Source: Blastocatellia bacterium (GTDB lineage Bacteria > Acidobacteriota > Blastocatellia > UBA7656). Taken from it: 64,000 nt of DNA. Numbering within the stretch: the first letter of the stretch is position 1; every line of letters starts with the position of its first letter. The stretch is from positions 384,001 through 448,000 of the forward strand of contig CAVXWP010000007.1 of the NCBI GenBank assembly GCA_963765495.1, in the 5' to 3' direction. The position numbers and the translations under genes are program-made. Positions 48,323-58,312 of the stretch are shown here, one piece after another. The notes beneath the pieces were generated by a model. The model was not told where the DNA came from. It worked only from the letters and a program-made list of their open reading frames with translations, and ran no database searches.

Positions 48323-51300
48323 ATGAAGTCGAGGGTATTAGTTTTTGGCGTAGTAATATTCTTCGCCGTCGGCTTGTTGTTGATGCCGATGTATGCCCAG
48401 AAGTCGGGGCAGATAAATCCCCCGGGCGGCGGTAAAGGCGCAGGCAAGGGCACAGGCCCCGCTGTTGGCGGCAACGGAAGCAGAACTGACCCGCATAACG
48501 GGCCTACGCCCGTTTATATAAGGACAAGCAGTTTTGCCGTATCCCCCCCGCTTAAGAGTCTTCCAAAAGTGGCTGCAAAATCGAGGGGCGGTAATCAGGA
48601 TTCGCCTGAGAGGGAGGCGGCCGAAAATGGCGAGGAAGTAAACGGGACGAATCTAAGAGCGATTCGCAATATCTCGCCCACGGCTGTGCGCACGCCCGAT
48701 GCGGCGTTGCAGAACCAGCCGAATGTTCCAAATGCCATTCCCGGACCTTCGCTGACCTTCGAAGGACAGGCCGTTGTGGCGCCTCAGGTTGCTCCGCCCG
48801 ATACGAACGGCGACATCGGGCCGAACCACTACGTTGAACTGGTGAATGATTCCAATGGAACTTTGGTTCGGATATTTAACCCTGTAACCGGCGCATCGAT
48901 TGCAGGCCCGTTTACGCTGGGCAGCCTTTTTGGTGGCTTCCCCCAGGCTAATGGAGGCGGCGATCCGGTAGTGCTTTACGATCAGATGGCCGACCGATGG
49001 CTGCTTTCGGAATTTGCTTTCACGAGCACGAGTAGCGGCAATTATCACATGTCGATAGCCATCTCGAAGACAGCCGATCCGACCGGTGCATACTTCCTTT
49101 ATGATTTTACGGTGCCCACGCAAAACTTCCCGGACTATCCGAAGTTTGGTGTCTGGCCCGATGGCTACTACATGACGTCCAACCAGTTCTTCCTTGGCGG
49201 TGCATTTAACGGCGCCGGCGCATACGCTTTCGAGCGCAATAAGATGCTCATCGGCGATCCGACAGCTTCTATTATCTACTTTGATCTGAACCTGACGGCC
49301 TTCCCCGAAGGTCTGGGTGGGATGCTGCCGACCGATTTCGATGGTTTGATACCGCCACCTGCCGGAGCGCCGAACGTCTTCATGTATTTCACGGCGGGTG
49401 AATTCGGCGACCCGGCTGACGGTATACGCGCATACAATTTCCATGCAGATTTCGCCACGCCTGGAAATTCTACATTCCTGGAACGGTCGGAAAGCTCTCT
49501 GGCTTCGCCGATACCTGTTGCGGCATTCGACCCGATCACACCCACCGGCAGGACCGATATCGATCAACGGCCTCCGGGAGAGAAGGTTGACTCTATCGGC
49601 GACCGACTGATGCACAGATTGCAATACAGGAATTTCGGCTCGTCCGAGCGATGGACAGTCAATCACACGGTTGATGCCAGCGGCGACCCAAGCGCGGCAG
49701 TCTATCGCGCGGGTGTCAGATTCTATGAATTGACCCGCACAACCGGCAATGCTAATCCGATAAGCGTTCTCAATCAGGCTACGTTCGCGCCACTCGGTGC
49801 GGGCAATGAACCGCTGCATCGCTGGATGGGCAGTTCCGCGCTCGATAATTCAGGCGATATAGCTGTTGGCTATAGCGTATCGAGTACTACCAGAGAGCCG
49901 GAACTCCGATGGGCAGGTCGTCTCTTTAACGACCCGGCCAACATGCTGGCGCAGGGCGAAGCGGTCGTCTTTGATGCGACCGGCGTGCAGACGAGTAATA
50001 CTTTCAACCGCTGGGGCGACTATTCAGCAATGACCGTTGACCCTGATGACGATTGCACCTTCTTCTATGCGCAGGAATACTACGCTACGGATAGTGCATT
50101 CAACTGGCACACGCGAATCGGCAAATTTTCATTCCCCTCCTGCGTTGCTCCTCAGCAAGGCATGGCCATGGGGCAGATAACGATTTGCGGAGGAGGCCCG
50201 CTTGCAGACGCGCTCGTGACCTTCACCGGCGGCCCGTCAAACGGGTATTCGGTTGCCACAGATTCAAGCGGCAACTTCTCGCGCAAACTCTCGCCGGGAA
50301 CCTACACGGCGACGATTACCAAGGCAACCTTTGGAACCGTTGTTGTTCCGAACGTTGTCGTCACAAACGCCGGCACTGTGATGATCAATCAGTGCTTGCA
50401 GGGCGCAGCCACTCTGATGGCGGCCGGATCATCGCTCGTAGCCGAAAGCTGCACACCGACCAACGGCGCGATTGATCCTGGCGAGACCGTTACCGTAAGC
50501 CTTTGCCTCAAGAACACAGGCGGCGCGGCAACGACAGCCCTCATGGGCACGCTCCAGGCATCGGGCGGAGTCACCGCTATTCAACCGCCCAACCCGCAGA
50601 ATTATGGCGCGATCCCGGCTGACGGCACGACCATCGTTTGCCGCAACTTCACCTTCACGGCGGCAGGTACCTGCGGCGGCACGATAACTGCCACGCTCGA
50701 TCTGTCGGATGGTGGCAACCCGCTCGGGTCTGTGATGTACACATTCACACTTGGCGCACAGGCTGTAGTGTTGTCTGAGAACTTTGACGGAGTGACGGCA
50801 CCCGCACTTCCCGCAGGGTGGACTACCTCCTTCATCAACGGCGCTGCCAACTGTACTCCTACTGGCACCTGCGCTCTCGGTTCCAACTGGACTACCGCCA
50901 CTACTAACACCCCGCCTTCGGCTCCGAACGCGGCTTTCCACAACGATGTTACCTGCGTGACGGATAACTTCCTCGTTACCCCGCCACTCAACATCGTGTC
51001 CAACTCTACGTTGACATTCACTCAAGCTCGCAACATCGAAAGCACATTCGATGGTACCGTGCTTGAGGTCTCTACAAACGGCGGTTCTAGCTGGACTGAC
51101 GTTATTACCAACGGCGGCAGCTTTGTCTCTAATGGTTATAACGGAACCATCAGCGCCAACTTCCTCAGCCCGATCGCTGGTCGTATGGCCTGGACCGGTC
51201 TCAGCGGCGGCTCTACGGCTGCTCCCGCTTACATCACAACGGTTGTTAATCTCGGCCCGAACGTCAACGGTCAGACCATCAATCTCAGATGGCGGCTGGC

Positions 51301-52756
51301 TACCGATTGCAGCGTCGCTGCCTCGGGACTCAACGGCATGTGGATTGACAACGTATCGCTCACAGGCGGATTTGTCTGCTGCACAAACGGCGCAACCTGC
51401 ACCTTGACCTGCCCGGCAAACATCACCGTCTCAAACGACCCGGGTCAGTGCGGAGCCGTCGTCAACTATCCCGCTCCGACAACTACTGGCGATTGCGGCA
51501 CAGTCACCTGTAGCCCGCCATCGGGTTCATTCTTCCCCGTAGGCACGACCACAGTCACCTGTGTGGCCAGCAGCGGCGGCGGTATGGCACCATCGCCAAA
51601 CGGCGGCACAACCTGCCCGCCAACGACCATCACCGGCTCACTCGGCAGCGGAAGTAACGACTGGCCGAGCGTGAGCGGAACTCAAACGGGTCGTCTAAAT
51701 CGCAATGGAATAGCTAGTTCCTGCGCGTCACCGAAGACCTGTCTTATATTCGACACAACACCGGGACGGGCATATGATGCCTACACGTTCCACAACAACA
51801 GCGGGGCGACTGCCTGCGTCAGCGTGACCCTGAATGTGTTGGAGCAGACAAACTCCAACTACCAGGTAGACGCTTATCTTGGCAGCTTCGATCCGGCAAA
51901 CATCTGCACGAACTATCTGGCCGATCCGGGGTTGAGCAGCGGCATCCCGCCGTCGCCGGTCTCGATGGCGTTCAACGTGCCTGATGGAATGGATTTCATA
52001 CTGGATGTCCACACGACGAATCCGGGTGAGATAGGCGGTGCTTACGAGTTGACATTCGCCGACACCTCGTTCTGCGTGCCGAGCGGCGGCGGCGGAGGAG
52101 GCACAGGAGAGTGCAGCTTCACGGTCACGGTAACAGACAACGAAGCGCCAGTGATCACGTGCCCGGCCAACATCATCGCGGTGGCGGCAAACCCGAGTGA
52201 TGCGTGTGTGCCGGTGAACTTCAATGTGACAGCGACCGACAACTGTCCTGGAGTGACGGTACAATGCGTGAACGCGGCGAACCCGTCGCAGATAATCACG
52301 TCGGGATTCTGCTTCCCGGTGGCATCGGGTTGCACGACGGTGTTGTGTACGGCGACGGATGCGTCGGGTAATACCTCGACGTGTACGTTTACGGTGTGCA
52401 CATTCGATGTGATCGTGCAGGATGATTCGGACCCGTTGCGAGAGTTGTTGTTTAACTCAGCAACAGGGGCGTACATATTCTGCTGCGATGGAACAGAGGT
52501 ATGCGGAACAGGGACGTTGAAGAAGAAAGGGTGTCTGTATTCGCTAAACCACACAGCGCCGAGTTGGAGATTGACGGCGACGGTAGATGCGTGTACGCAC
52601 AAGGGAACGGCGTCGCTGCAATTCACATCAGGGCACGATGCGTGTTCGATCCAGGACAGGGATACAAGGAATGACTTTATCACCTGCACAGGAACGGGCA
52701 TAAACTGTCCATTCTCAGGAGGCGGAGGGTCAAAATCGGGCGGCTCCACCAAGTGA
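48323..52756 (+). CDS. Large secreted modular protein (propeller-like N-domain, carboxypeptidase-regulatory-like, MAM/adhesin-like, HYR domains, Cys-rich C-terminal domain)
   Basis: AGGAGG RBS, signal peptide; PPDTNGDIGP, DYPKFG, RWGDYS; CPANITV...GSFFPVGTTTVTC and ATDASGNTSTCTFTV HYR motifs. Confidence 0.87.
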   Translation: MKSRVLVFGVVIFFAVGLLLMPMYAQKSGQINPPGGGKGAGKGTGPAVGGNGSRTDPHNGPTPVYIRTSSFAVSPPLKSLPKVAAKSRGGNQDSPEREAAENGEEVNGTNLRAIRNISPTAVRTPDAALQNQPNVPNAIPGPSLTFEGQAVVAPQVAPPDTNGDIGPNHYVELVNDSNGTLVRIFNPVTGASIAGPFTLGSLFGGFPQANGGGDPVVLYDQMADRWLLSEFAFTSTSSGNYHMSIAISKTADPTGAYFLYDFTVPTQNFPDYPKFGVWPDGYYMTSNQFFLGGAFNGAGAYAFERNKMLIGDPTASIIYFDLNLTAFPEGLGGMLPTDFDGLIPPPAGAPNVFMYFTAGEFGDPADGIRAYNFHADFATPGNSTFLERSESSLASPIPVAAFDPITPTGRTDIDQRPPGEKVDSIGDRLMHRLQYRNFGSSERWTVNHTVDASGDPSAAVYRAGVRFYELTRTTGNANPISVLNQATFAPLGAGNEPLHRWMGSSALDNSGDIAVGYSVSSTTREPELRWAGRLFNDPANMLAQGEAVVFDATGVQTSNTFNRWGDYSAMTVDPDDDCTFFYAQEYYATDSAFNWHTRIGKFSFPSCVAPQQGMAMGQITICGGGPLADALVTFTGGPSNGYSVATDSSGNFSRKLSPGTYTATITKATFGTVVVPNVVVTNAGTVMINQCLQGAATLMAAGSSLVAESCTPTNGAIDPGETVTVSLCLKNTGGAATTALMGTLQASGGVTAIQPPNPQNYGAIPADGTTIVCRNFTFTAAGTCGGTITATLDLSDGGNPLGSVMYTFTLGAQAVVLSENFDGVTAPALPAGWTTSFINGAANCTPTGTCALGSNWTTATTNTPPSAPNAAFHNDVTCVTDNFLVTPPLNIVSNSTLTFTQARNIESTFDGTVLEVSTNGGSSWTDVITNGGSFVSNGYNGTISANFLSPIAGRMAWTGLSGGSTAAPAYITTVVNLGPNVNGQTINLRWRLATDCSVAASGLNGMWIDNVSLTGGFVCCTNGATCTLTCPANITVSNDPGQCGAVVNYPAPTTTGDCGTVTCSPPSGSFFPVGTTTVTCVASSGGGMAPSPNGGTTCPPTTITGSLGSGSNDWPSVSGTQTGRLNRNGIASSCASPKTCLIFDTTPGRAYDAYTFHNNSGATACVSVTLNVLEQTNSNYQVDAYLGSFDPANICTNYLADPGLSSGIPPSPVSMAFNVPDGMDFILDVHTTNPGEIGGAYELTFADTSFCVPSGGGGGGTGECSFTVTVTDNEAPVITCPANIIAVAANPSDACVPVNFNVTATDNCPGVTVQCVNAANPSQIITSGFCFPVASGCTTVLCTATDASGNTSTCTFTVCTFDVIVQDDSDPLRELLFNSATGAYIFCCDGTEVCGTGTLKKKGCLYSLNHTAPSWRLTATVDACTHKGTASLQFTSGHDACSIQDRDTRNDFITCTGTGINCPFSGGGGSKSGGSTK

Positions 52757-52810
52757 TGTCGGACCACGATCATCCGCTTGACGGTTGATCGAAGGTAGGC
52801 ATTTCGTATC

Positions 52811-52842
52811 GGGACCGGGGACATTGTCCTCGGTCCCTTTTT
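52811..52842 (+). terminator. Rho-independent terminator
   Basis: GGGACCGGGGAC-ATT-GTCCTCGGTCCC followed by TTTTT. Confidence 0.88.
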
Positions 52843-52890
52843 ATTGATTATCGGAAAGAGCCTGCAATTCGAGTTTTTCTGGTGGGATTT

Positions 52891-53763
52891 CTAATTCGAA
52901 AGAATATCTTCGGGTGAGCCTCGGAGGATCGCGTCTGTAATGCGGGCGACCTCGACCATCTGTTTCACGTCGTGGACACGGACCAGATGCGCGCCGCGAA
53001 TTATAGCCGCTGCAACGGAGGCAGCCGTGCCGAATACGCGCTCTCCGGCGGGCCGCCCTGTGATCCGGCCAATAAAGCTCTTGCGCGAAGTCCCTATCAT
53101 CAAAGGCAGCCCGAGGCTTTCAAGTCGGTCGAGGTGGTTGAGAATTTCCAGATTCTGTTCGAGTGTCTTTCCAAAACCTATCCCCGGATCAATGATCAGT
53201 TGTTCGCGTCGGAGACCCCGGCCTTCCGCCACTCGTATTGCGATCTGCATATCTGTTTCTATCTCGGTAAAGATGTCCCGGCTCGGCTCAAGTTGCTGCA
53301 TAGTGGTGGGATCGCCTCGCATATGCATGAGCACAAGCGCCGCCTTTCCCTTTGCCGCGAAGTCGGCAATCACGGGATCGAACCTCAAGGCGCTGACATC
53401 ATTGATCAGGCGCGCACCCAGATCAATAGCCTCGCGGGCGACGGGGCCCTTATAGGTGTCAACTGCTATGGGGATGCGGAGTCGGCCTCGAAGCGCGTCA
53501 AGGACGGGCCGCACACGCGAAAGCTCTTCTTCAACCGAAATTTTTGCCGCGCCGGGCCTCGTGGATTCACCGCCTATTTCGAGGATGTCCGCGCCCTGTC
53601 GTTCTATCTCGAAAGCGCGGTCAATCGCACTCGCCGGGTCGAAATTTTCTCCGCCGTCCGAGAACGAATCAGGCGTTATGTTGAGCACCCCTACAACGAG
53701 GGTGCGGCTGCCAAGTTGAAGTCTTGCTCCGTCTTTGAGTCTTATATCGAATCTTTTTCTCAT
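52891..53763 (-). CDS. folP: Dihydropteroate synthase
   Basis: LNITPDSFSDGG, GGESTRPG, INDVS, MHMRG, DPGIGFGK, SRKSF, RVHDV. Confidence 0.97.
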   Translation of the reverse strand: MRKRFDIRLKDGARLQLGSRTLVVGVLNITPDSFSDGGENFDPASAIDRAFEIERQGADILEIGGESTRPGAAKISVEEELSRVRPVLDALRGRLRIPIAVDTYKGPVAREAIDLGARLINDVSALRFDPVIADFAAKGKAALVLMHMRGDPTTMQQLEPSRDIFTEIETDMQIAIRVAEGRGLRREQLIIDPGIGFGKTLEQNLEILNHLDRLESLGLPLMIGTSRKSFIGRITGRPAGERVFGTAASVAAAIIRGAHLVRVHDVKQMVEVARITDAILRGSPEDILSN

Positions 53764-53939
53764 GCCTCAACACAAGCGAGATCGTGCAGATATTTAATGA
53801 TAAAGATAAAACTGCAAGCGTGGGCATGGTATCTTATGCGACTGTTTGACTACAACCTGAGAGCCGAGAGCCTGTGTTGCTTGACTTTAACGGGCTTAAT
53901 TATCAACATAGGGAAGCGAAAGACAGGCCACGGAGATTG

Positions 53940-54887
53940 ATGATGAGTAATCACGAAATAGCTGAACGCCAAAACAAACTCGCCTGTATTATGGAGCGTG
54001 TGGTCGCTTCATATGACGAGGCGCGACCCAAGATACATCACCTGGACCGCATGCCGCTGCCTGCGCGCGAAGACGCGGCGGCGATAATGGAAGCGCTCGA
54101 AGAGATAGTTTATCCCGGTTACTACAGCACGGGAGGTGTCACGCATCAAGGCATAATCTATCGCGTGCAGGAGCGGGTTGGATGGCTGTTTGAACATTTG
54201 CGCGATCAGATTTCAAAAGGTCTCCGCCACATGAAGACGCTTGACGGAGAGCTTTGCCTCGCCTCAGACGGCGCTGCCGAAGAGTGCTCCTACATGTTTT
54301 TGGAATCGCTTCCTCGCCTGCGCCGCTTGCTTGCAAAAGACATTCAGGCGGCCTACGACGGCGACCCGGCGGCCCACTGCGTTGACGAGATAATCCTGAG
54401 CTACCCGGCCGTCTATGCGATAACGGCCTACAGGGCGGCGCACGAACTCTACGATCAGGGGGTACCGTTGTTGCCTCGCATGCTCACAGAGCTTGCGCAC
54501 TCGCGCACGGGTATAGACATTCACCCGGGCGCGCAAATCGGCGAGAGCTTTTTTATAGATCACGGCACCGGGGTCGTGATCGGAGAGACTACCGTCATCG
54601 GCAATAACGTCAAGCTATATCAGGGCGTGACGCTTGGCGCGCTCTCTTTTCCAAAGGATGAAAAAGGGCGGCTAATACGAGGGCAGAAACGACATCCAAC
54701 CATCGAAGACGACGTAGTGATTTACTCGGGCGCAACTATCCTTGGCGGCGACACCATCATCGGCGAAGGGAGCGTGATCGGCGGCAACGTGTGGCTCACC
54801 GAATCGGTTCCGCCCGGCTCCCGCGTGGCGCAGGCTGAGCCTAAACCGCGCTTTCTGGCGCCCCACGAGGAACTGCAAGCAGTTTAA
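53940..54887 (+). CDS. cysE: Serine O-acetyltransferase
   Basis: GDPAA, TGIDIHPGAQIG..FFIDHGTGVVIGET, YQGVTLG, KRHPT. Confidence 0.95.
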   Translation: MMSNHEIAERQNKLACIMERVVASYDEARPKIHHLDRMPLPAREDAAAIMEALEEIVYPGYYSTGGVTHQGIIYRVQERVGWLFEHLRDQISKGLRHMKTLDGELCLASDGAAEECSYMFLESLPRLRRLLAKDIQAAYDGDPAAHCVDEIILSYPAVYAITAYRAAHELYDQGVPLLPRMLTELAHSRTGIDIHPGAQIGESFFIDHGTGVVIGETTVIGNNVKLYQGVTLGALSFPKDEKGRLIRGQKRHPTIEDDVVIYSGATILGGDTIIGEGSVIGGNVWLTESVPPGSRVAQAEPKPRFLAPHEELQAV

Positions 54888-55020
54888 TGGGGGCCAGGGG
54901 TCGGGGGCCAGGGGCTAGTGATTCTATCAGGTCTGGTTTCTTATCGTCTGTCGCTTTTCTCTTATCACCCGGCCCCTGACCCCCGGCCCCTGGCCCCTGC
55001 GAAGCTGGCCCCTGGCCCCT
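54888..55020. repeat. Inverted heptamer element (GGGGCCA)n / (TGGCCCC)n
   Basis: ggggccaggggtcgggggccaggggct ... ggcccctgacccccggcccctggcccct...ggcccctggcccct. Confidence 0.88.
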
Positions 55021-55030
55021 TTAAAGGAAT

Positions 55031-56974
55031 ATGCTCAATACCGAACAACTAATCTACCTGGCCGAGCGCGCCGGCCTTGATACTACAATCATTGACTCAC
55101 TCGATACGAACAGCCTCACGATAAGGGATCGGGCGGGAGCCGAAGAGGGTTTCTCCGTATGCGTTGCCGCGCCCTCTTATGATGAGGGTGACAGGTATCG
55201 CCCGCAAAATTTGAAACCGGATGATTCGAGTCGTCTGATCGAGCATAATTTGCATTTGCTTTATCGGGCGGCTCGCGCTCTTTCCCCAAACGGGCTGATG
55301 TTTGTGTATGGCCTCCCCTGTCATCTGGCGCGATACGCGACCGCGCTATCGAACGAATTGGCTTTCCGTTACTGGATCGCGGTGCGAACGATGACCGGGC
55401 AGAATGAAGGAGGGCTCCGGCCCGAGCACACGGGGGTGCTGTTGCTTGCGAGGCCCGGCGCTGAGTTGAACCGGGTTCGCCTGGACCACGCCCGATGCCG
55501 ACATTGCGGAGAAACCCTGAAAGATTGGGGTGGGAAATCGCACCTGATGCACCCGATGGGTGTGGCCCTTTCAGATGTGTGGATGGATCTGGTCGTTGAC
55601 AGCCGGGATCGAATCCCCGTCGAAGTATTTGACCGCATACTTCAACTTTCGGCTGGCCGGGACCGCAGGAGCCTGCTCCTGCTTGTGCCGGGAATTTCAC
55701 AAACACTTGCGACCAGACGCGACGAAGAGAGGGTTGTAATCTCTTCATTCGATCCGCTCAAATGGAGAAGGTCTGCGAAGACAAAGACGCAGGTTCGCAA
55801 CGTGCCTGAAGATTTATTGGATCGGTTGCACAAGGCCCCATGTCTTGATGTGCTCAGGCGCGTGCCTTCGGAAACCGTAGACCTTGCATTTGCCGATCCG
55901 CCTTTCAACCTGACAAAGACCTATAACGGCTATTCGGATGACCGGGATACAAACGAATATCTGGGATGGTGCAAGCGGTGGCTTGTCGAATACGAGCGAG
56001 TGCTAAAACCCGGTGGCGCGCTCTTTATATTGAACCTGCCGAAGTGGTCTATCTGGCTCTCTGATTTTCTAATAAGATCGGGTAGACTTTTTCTTCAGAA
56101 CTGGATCGTGTGGAACTCCTTGCCCGAACCAAAAGGCGTGCTGATGCCCGCTCACTATGCGCTGCTCTATTTCACGAAAGGCGAACGGGCGGCTCGATTC
56201 AACTACTGCTCTATGGAGAATGGGTGGGAACCTTTCGATGAAGCGGTCTTTCCGCCGGATCGTCCCGATGTGTGCAGGCGCAGGCGCTGCATCAGAAAAC
56301 GGCGCGATTCGGGCCACGTCTGGCGCGGCGAACTGACCGACATCTGGCACGATATTCATCGAGTCAGACGGCCTCGACGCGCGCCGCTCGCACAAAAGGT
56401 ACATCCTTGCGAAACGCCCGAACTTCTCATAGATCGAATAATCAGGTTGTCTACAAATCCGGGCGATCTCGTGCTCGATGCCTTTGCAGGCACCGGCACT
56501 ACGGCCTTTGTCGCCCGGAGGCTCGCTCGCCGCTTTATCGCAATCGAACAGGATGAAGGGTATCTAAAAGTGGCCGAACGCAAGATGAGTGATGAAGGAC
56601 CCGAGTGGCAGCGTAAGTCAGTGAGGGCAAGGCGCAATCGGGTTTCAAGGCGAGGGCTTGAAATCGAGTTGCAAAGGCTTGTGCGTCTGCTTGGCCGTTT
56701 GCCTACGAAAACCGATGTCGAGATGCATTCTGAGCACGCGCTTGAAACTTTCGAAAATGCATTCCAGTCCTGGGGCGAGGCGATGAAGGCGGCAAAGGTA
56801 GCACTTGACGGGTTGAACGCCAATCCGCCCACCGGGGAAATACCCGCGCTCAAGCAGATGGAACTGTTCAAAGCGAATCCCCCTCTCGTAGGCAGGAAAC
56901 AGAAAGGGAAGCGCAATGTCAAAGAGGTTGAACACAACCAGCAATCCGCTTTGCCCGGCGAGTTGAATCGCTGA
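55031..56974 (+). CDS. N6/N4 DNA methyltransferase (beta class) with degenerate N-terminal MTase-like domain and C-terminal helical repeat
   Basis: ADPPFN, RVLKPGG, HPCETP, VLDAFAGTGTT; N-terminal AAPSY/ALSPNG/CRHC..LKDWGGK..LSDVW. Confidence 0.9.
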   Translation: MLNTEQLIYLAERAGLDTTIIDSLDTNSLTIRDRAGAEEGFSVCVAAPSYDEGDRYRPQNLKPDDSSRLIEHNLHLLYRAARALSPNGLMFVYGLPCHLARYATALSNELAFRYWIAVRTMTGQNEGGLRPEHTGVLLLARPGAELNRVRLDHARCRHCGETLKDWGGKSHLMHPMGVALSDVWMDLVVDSRDRIPVEVFDRILQLSAGRDRRSLLLLVPGISQTLATRRDEERVVISSFDPLKWRRSAKTKTQVRNVPEDLLDRLHKAPCLDVLRRVPSETVDLAFADPPFNLTKTYNGYSDDRDTNEYLGWCKRWLVEYERVLKPGGALFILNLPKWSIWLSDFLIRSGRLFLQNWIVWNSLPEPKGVLMPAHYALLYFTKGERAARFNYCSMENGWEPFDEAVFPPDRPDVCRRRRCIRKRRDSGHVWRGELTDIWHDIHRVRRPRRAPLAQKVHPCETPELLIDRIIRLSTNPGDLVLDAFAGTGTTAFVARRLARRFIAIEQDEGYLKVAERKMSDEGPEWQRKSVRARRNRVSRRGLEIELQRLVRLLGRLPTKTDVEMHSEHALETFENAFQSWGEAMKAAKVALDGLNANPPTGEIPALKQMELFKANPPLVGRKQKGKRNVKEVEHNQQSALPGELNR

Positions 56975-57007
56975 TTTTGATCGCCTGCCGACGGGCAAGA
57001 CCTGGAG

Positions 57008-58228
57008 ATGAGTATGCAACAGACCGAAAAACTGTACTTCACCGACTCTGACCTGCTTAAATTTTCCGCTACGGTTGTTGATGTCAGGCCCTCGGATAGT
57101 GGCGAGATGATCGCGCTCAACCGAACAGCATTCTATCCGACCGGCGGCGGTCAGCCTCACGATACGGGCAGTCTCAATGACGTGATAGTGAGCGACGTGA
57201 TTGAAAACGATGAAGGCATCATCTTTCATACGACTGAACAGACAGGTGGGCTAAAGATAGGTCATCAGGTTGAGGGGCGCATCGATTACAATCGTCGTCT
57301 CGATCACATGCAACAACACACCGGACAGCACATACTTTCTCAGGCGTTCATCAAGGCGTGCAATGCCGAAACTCGATCATTTCATCTGGGGGCGGAGACT
57401 TCTACGATTGACATCGAATTGGATGCGCCCACAGACGAGCACATGCGCGCCGCCGAACAGGTAGCCAACACAGTCATTTTCGATGACCGCCCCATTCGCG
57501 TTCACCTGGTTGGAGAGGAAGATGCTCAGAAGCTTCCTCTCCGAAAAGATAGCGCCGTTCGGGGAACTATCAGAGTCATCGAGGTGGAAGATTATGACTG
57601 GTCTCCGTGCGGCGGCACACACGCGAAAAGGGCAGGGCAGGTCGGTTTGATTGCGATCAAATCCTTCGAGCGGGCCAAACGGATGACCCGGGTGGAATTC
57701 GTTTGTGGCGGGCGGGTGCTCGCCGATTATCGCAGAGCAAATAGCACGGCAGTCTCTGTCGCGCAGTTGTTCAGCGCTGAAAGAGATGCCGCGCCTGTCC
57801 TTGCGGCAAAAGCCCTTCAAGAAAACAAGTCTCTGAAGAAGCGGATACGTGATTTGCTTGAGCTTGCAATGCGGGCCGAGGCGTCCGAGATGCTCGACGA
57901 GACTCAATCCTCGGGTGGCTTCAAACTCGTTCGAGCCGTATTCGACGGGCGGGAAGCGGAAGATCTTCGCGTGCTGGCAGCAAAAATAGTTGCAAAAGAG
58001 CCGGCCATCGCGCTGCTTGGATCGAAGGATGCGGGAACCGGGCGGCTGGTTTTTGCCCGATCTGAGACGCTCTCTGAAAACATGGGCGCATTGCTCGCGG
58101 AGGCGTGTCTGACTCTTGGCGGACGCGGCGGAGGCAGACCGAATCTGGCACAGGGCGGCGGGCCCGATGCCGACAAACTGGATGAAGCCATTCAACGCGC
58201 GGCTGAGAAAATTCGTGGACAGGATTAA
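57008..58228 (+). CDS. Alanyl-tRNA editing protein (AlaX, long form with DHHA1)
   Basis: TAFYPTGGGQPHDTG, HMQQHTGQH, PCGGTH, GGRGGG...AQGGG. Confidence 0.92.
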   Translation: MSMQQTEKLYFTDSDLLKFSATVVDVRPSDSGEMIALNRTAFYPTGGGQPHDTGSLNDVIVSDVIENDEGIIFHTTEQTGGLKIGHQVEGRIDYNRRLDHMQQHTGQHILSQAFIKACNAETRSFHLGAETSTIDIELDAPTDEHMRAAEQVANTVIFDDRPIRVHLVGEEDAQKLPLRKDSAVRGTIRVIEVEDYDWSPCGGTHAKRAGQVGLIAIKSFERAKRMTRVEFVCGGRVLADYRRANSTAVSVAQLFSAERDAAPVLAAKALQENKSLKKRIRDLLELAMRAEASEMLDETQSSGGFKLVRAVFDGREAEDLRVLAAKIVAKEPAIALLGSKDAGTGRLVFARSETLSENMGALLAEACLTLGGRGGGRPNLAQGGGPDADKLDEAIQRAAEKIRGQD

Positions 58229-58300
58229 CAGGATTAGATTGGATTGAACAAGATTAAAAGTGAATCTTGTCTAATCCATTTAAATCCCGTTAATCCTGTC
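58218..58300. repeat. Inverted nonamer-type element overlapping the alaX stop codon
   Basis: gacaggattaacaggatt...aacaagatt ... aatcttgt...aatcccgttaatcctgtc. Confidence 0.8.
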
Positions 58301-58312
58301 ACTGGATCGAAG

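Noticed and set aside
55031-56974. Restriction-modification or defence island
   Set aside because: No endonuclease, integrase or other defence genes adjacent; flanks are housekeeping genes
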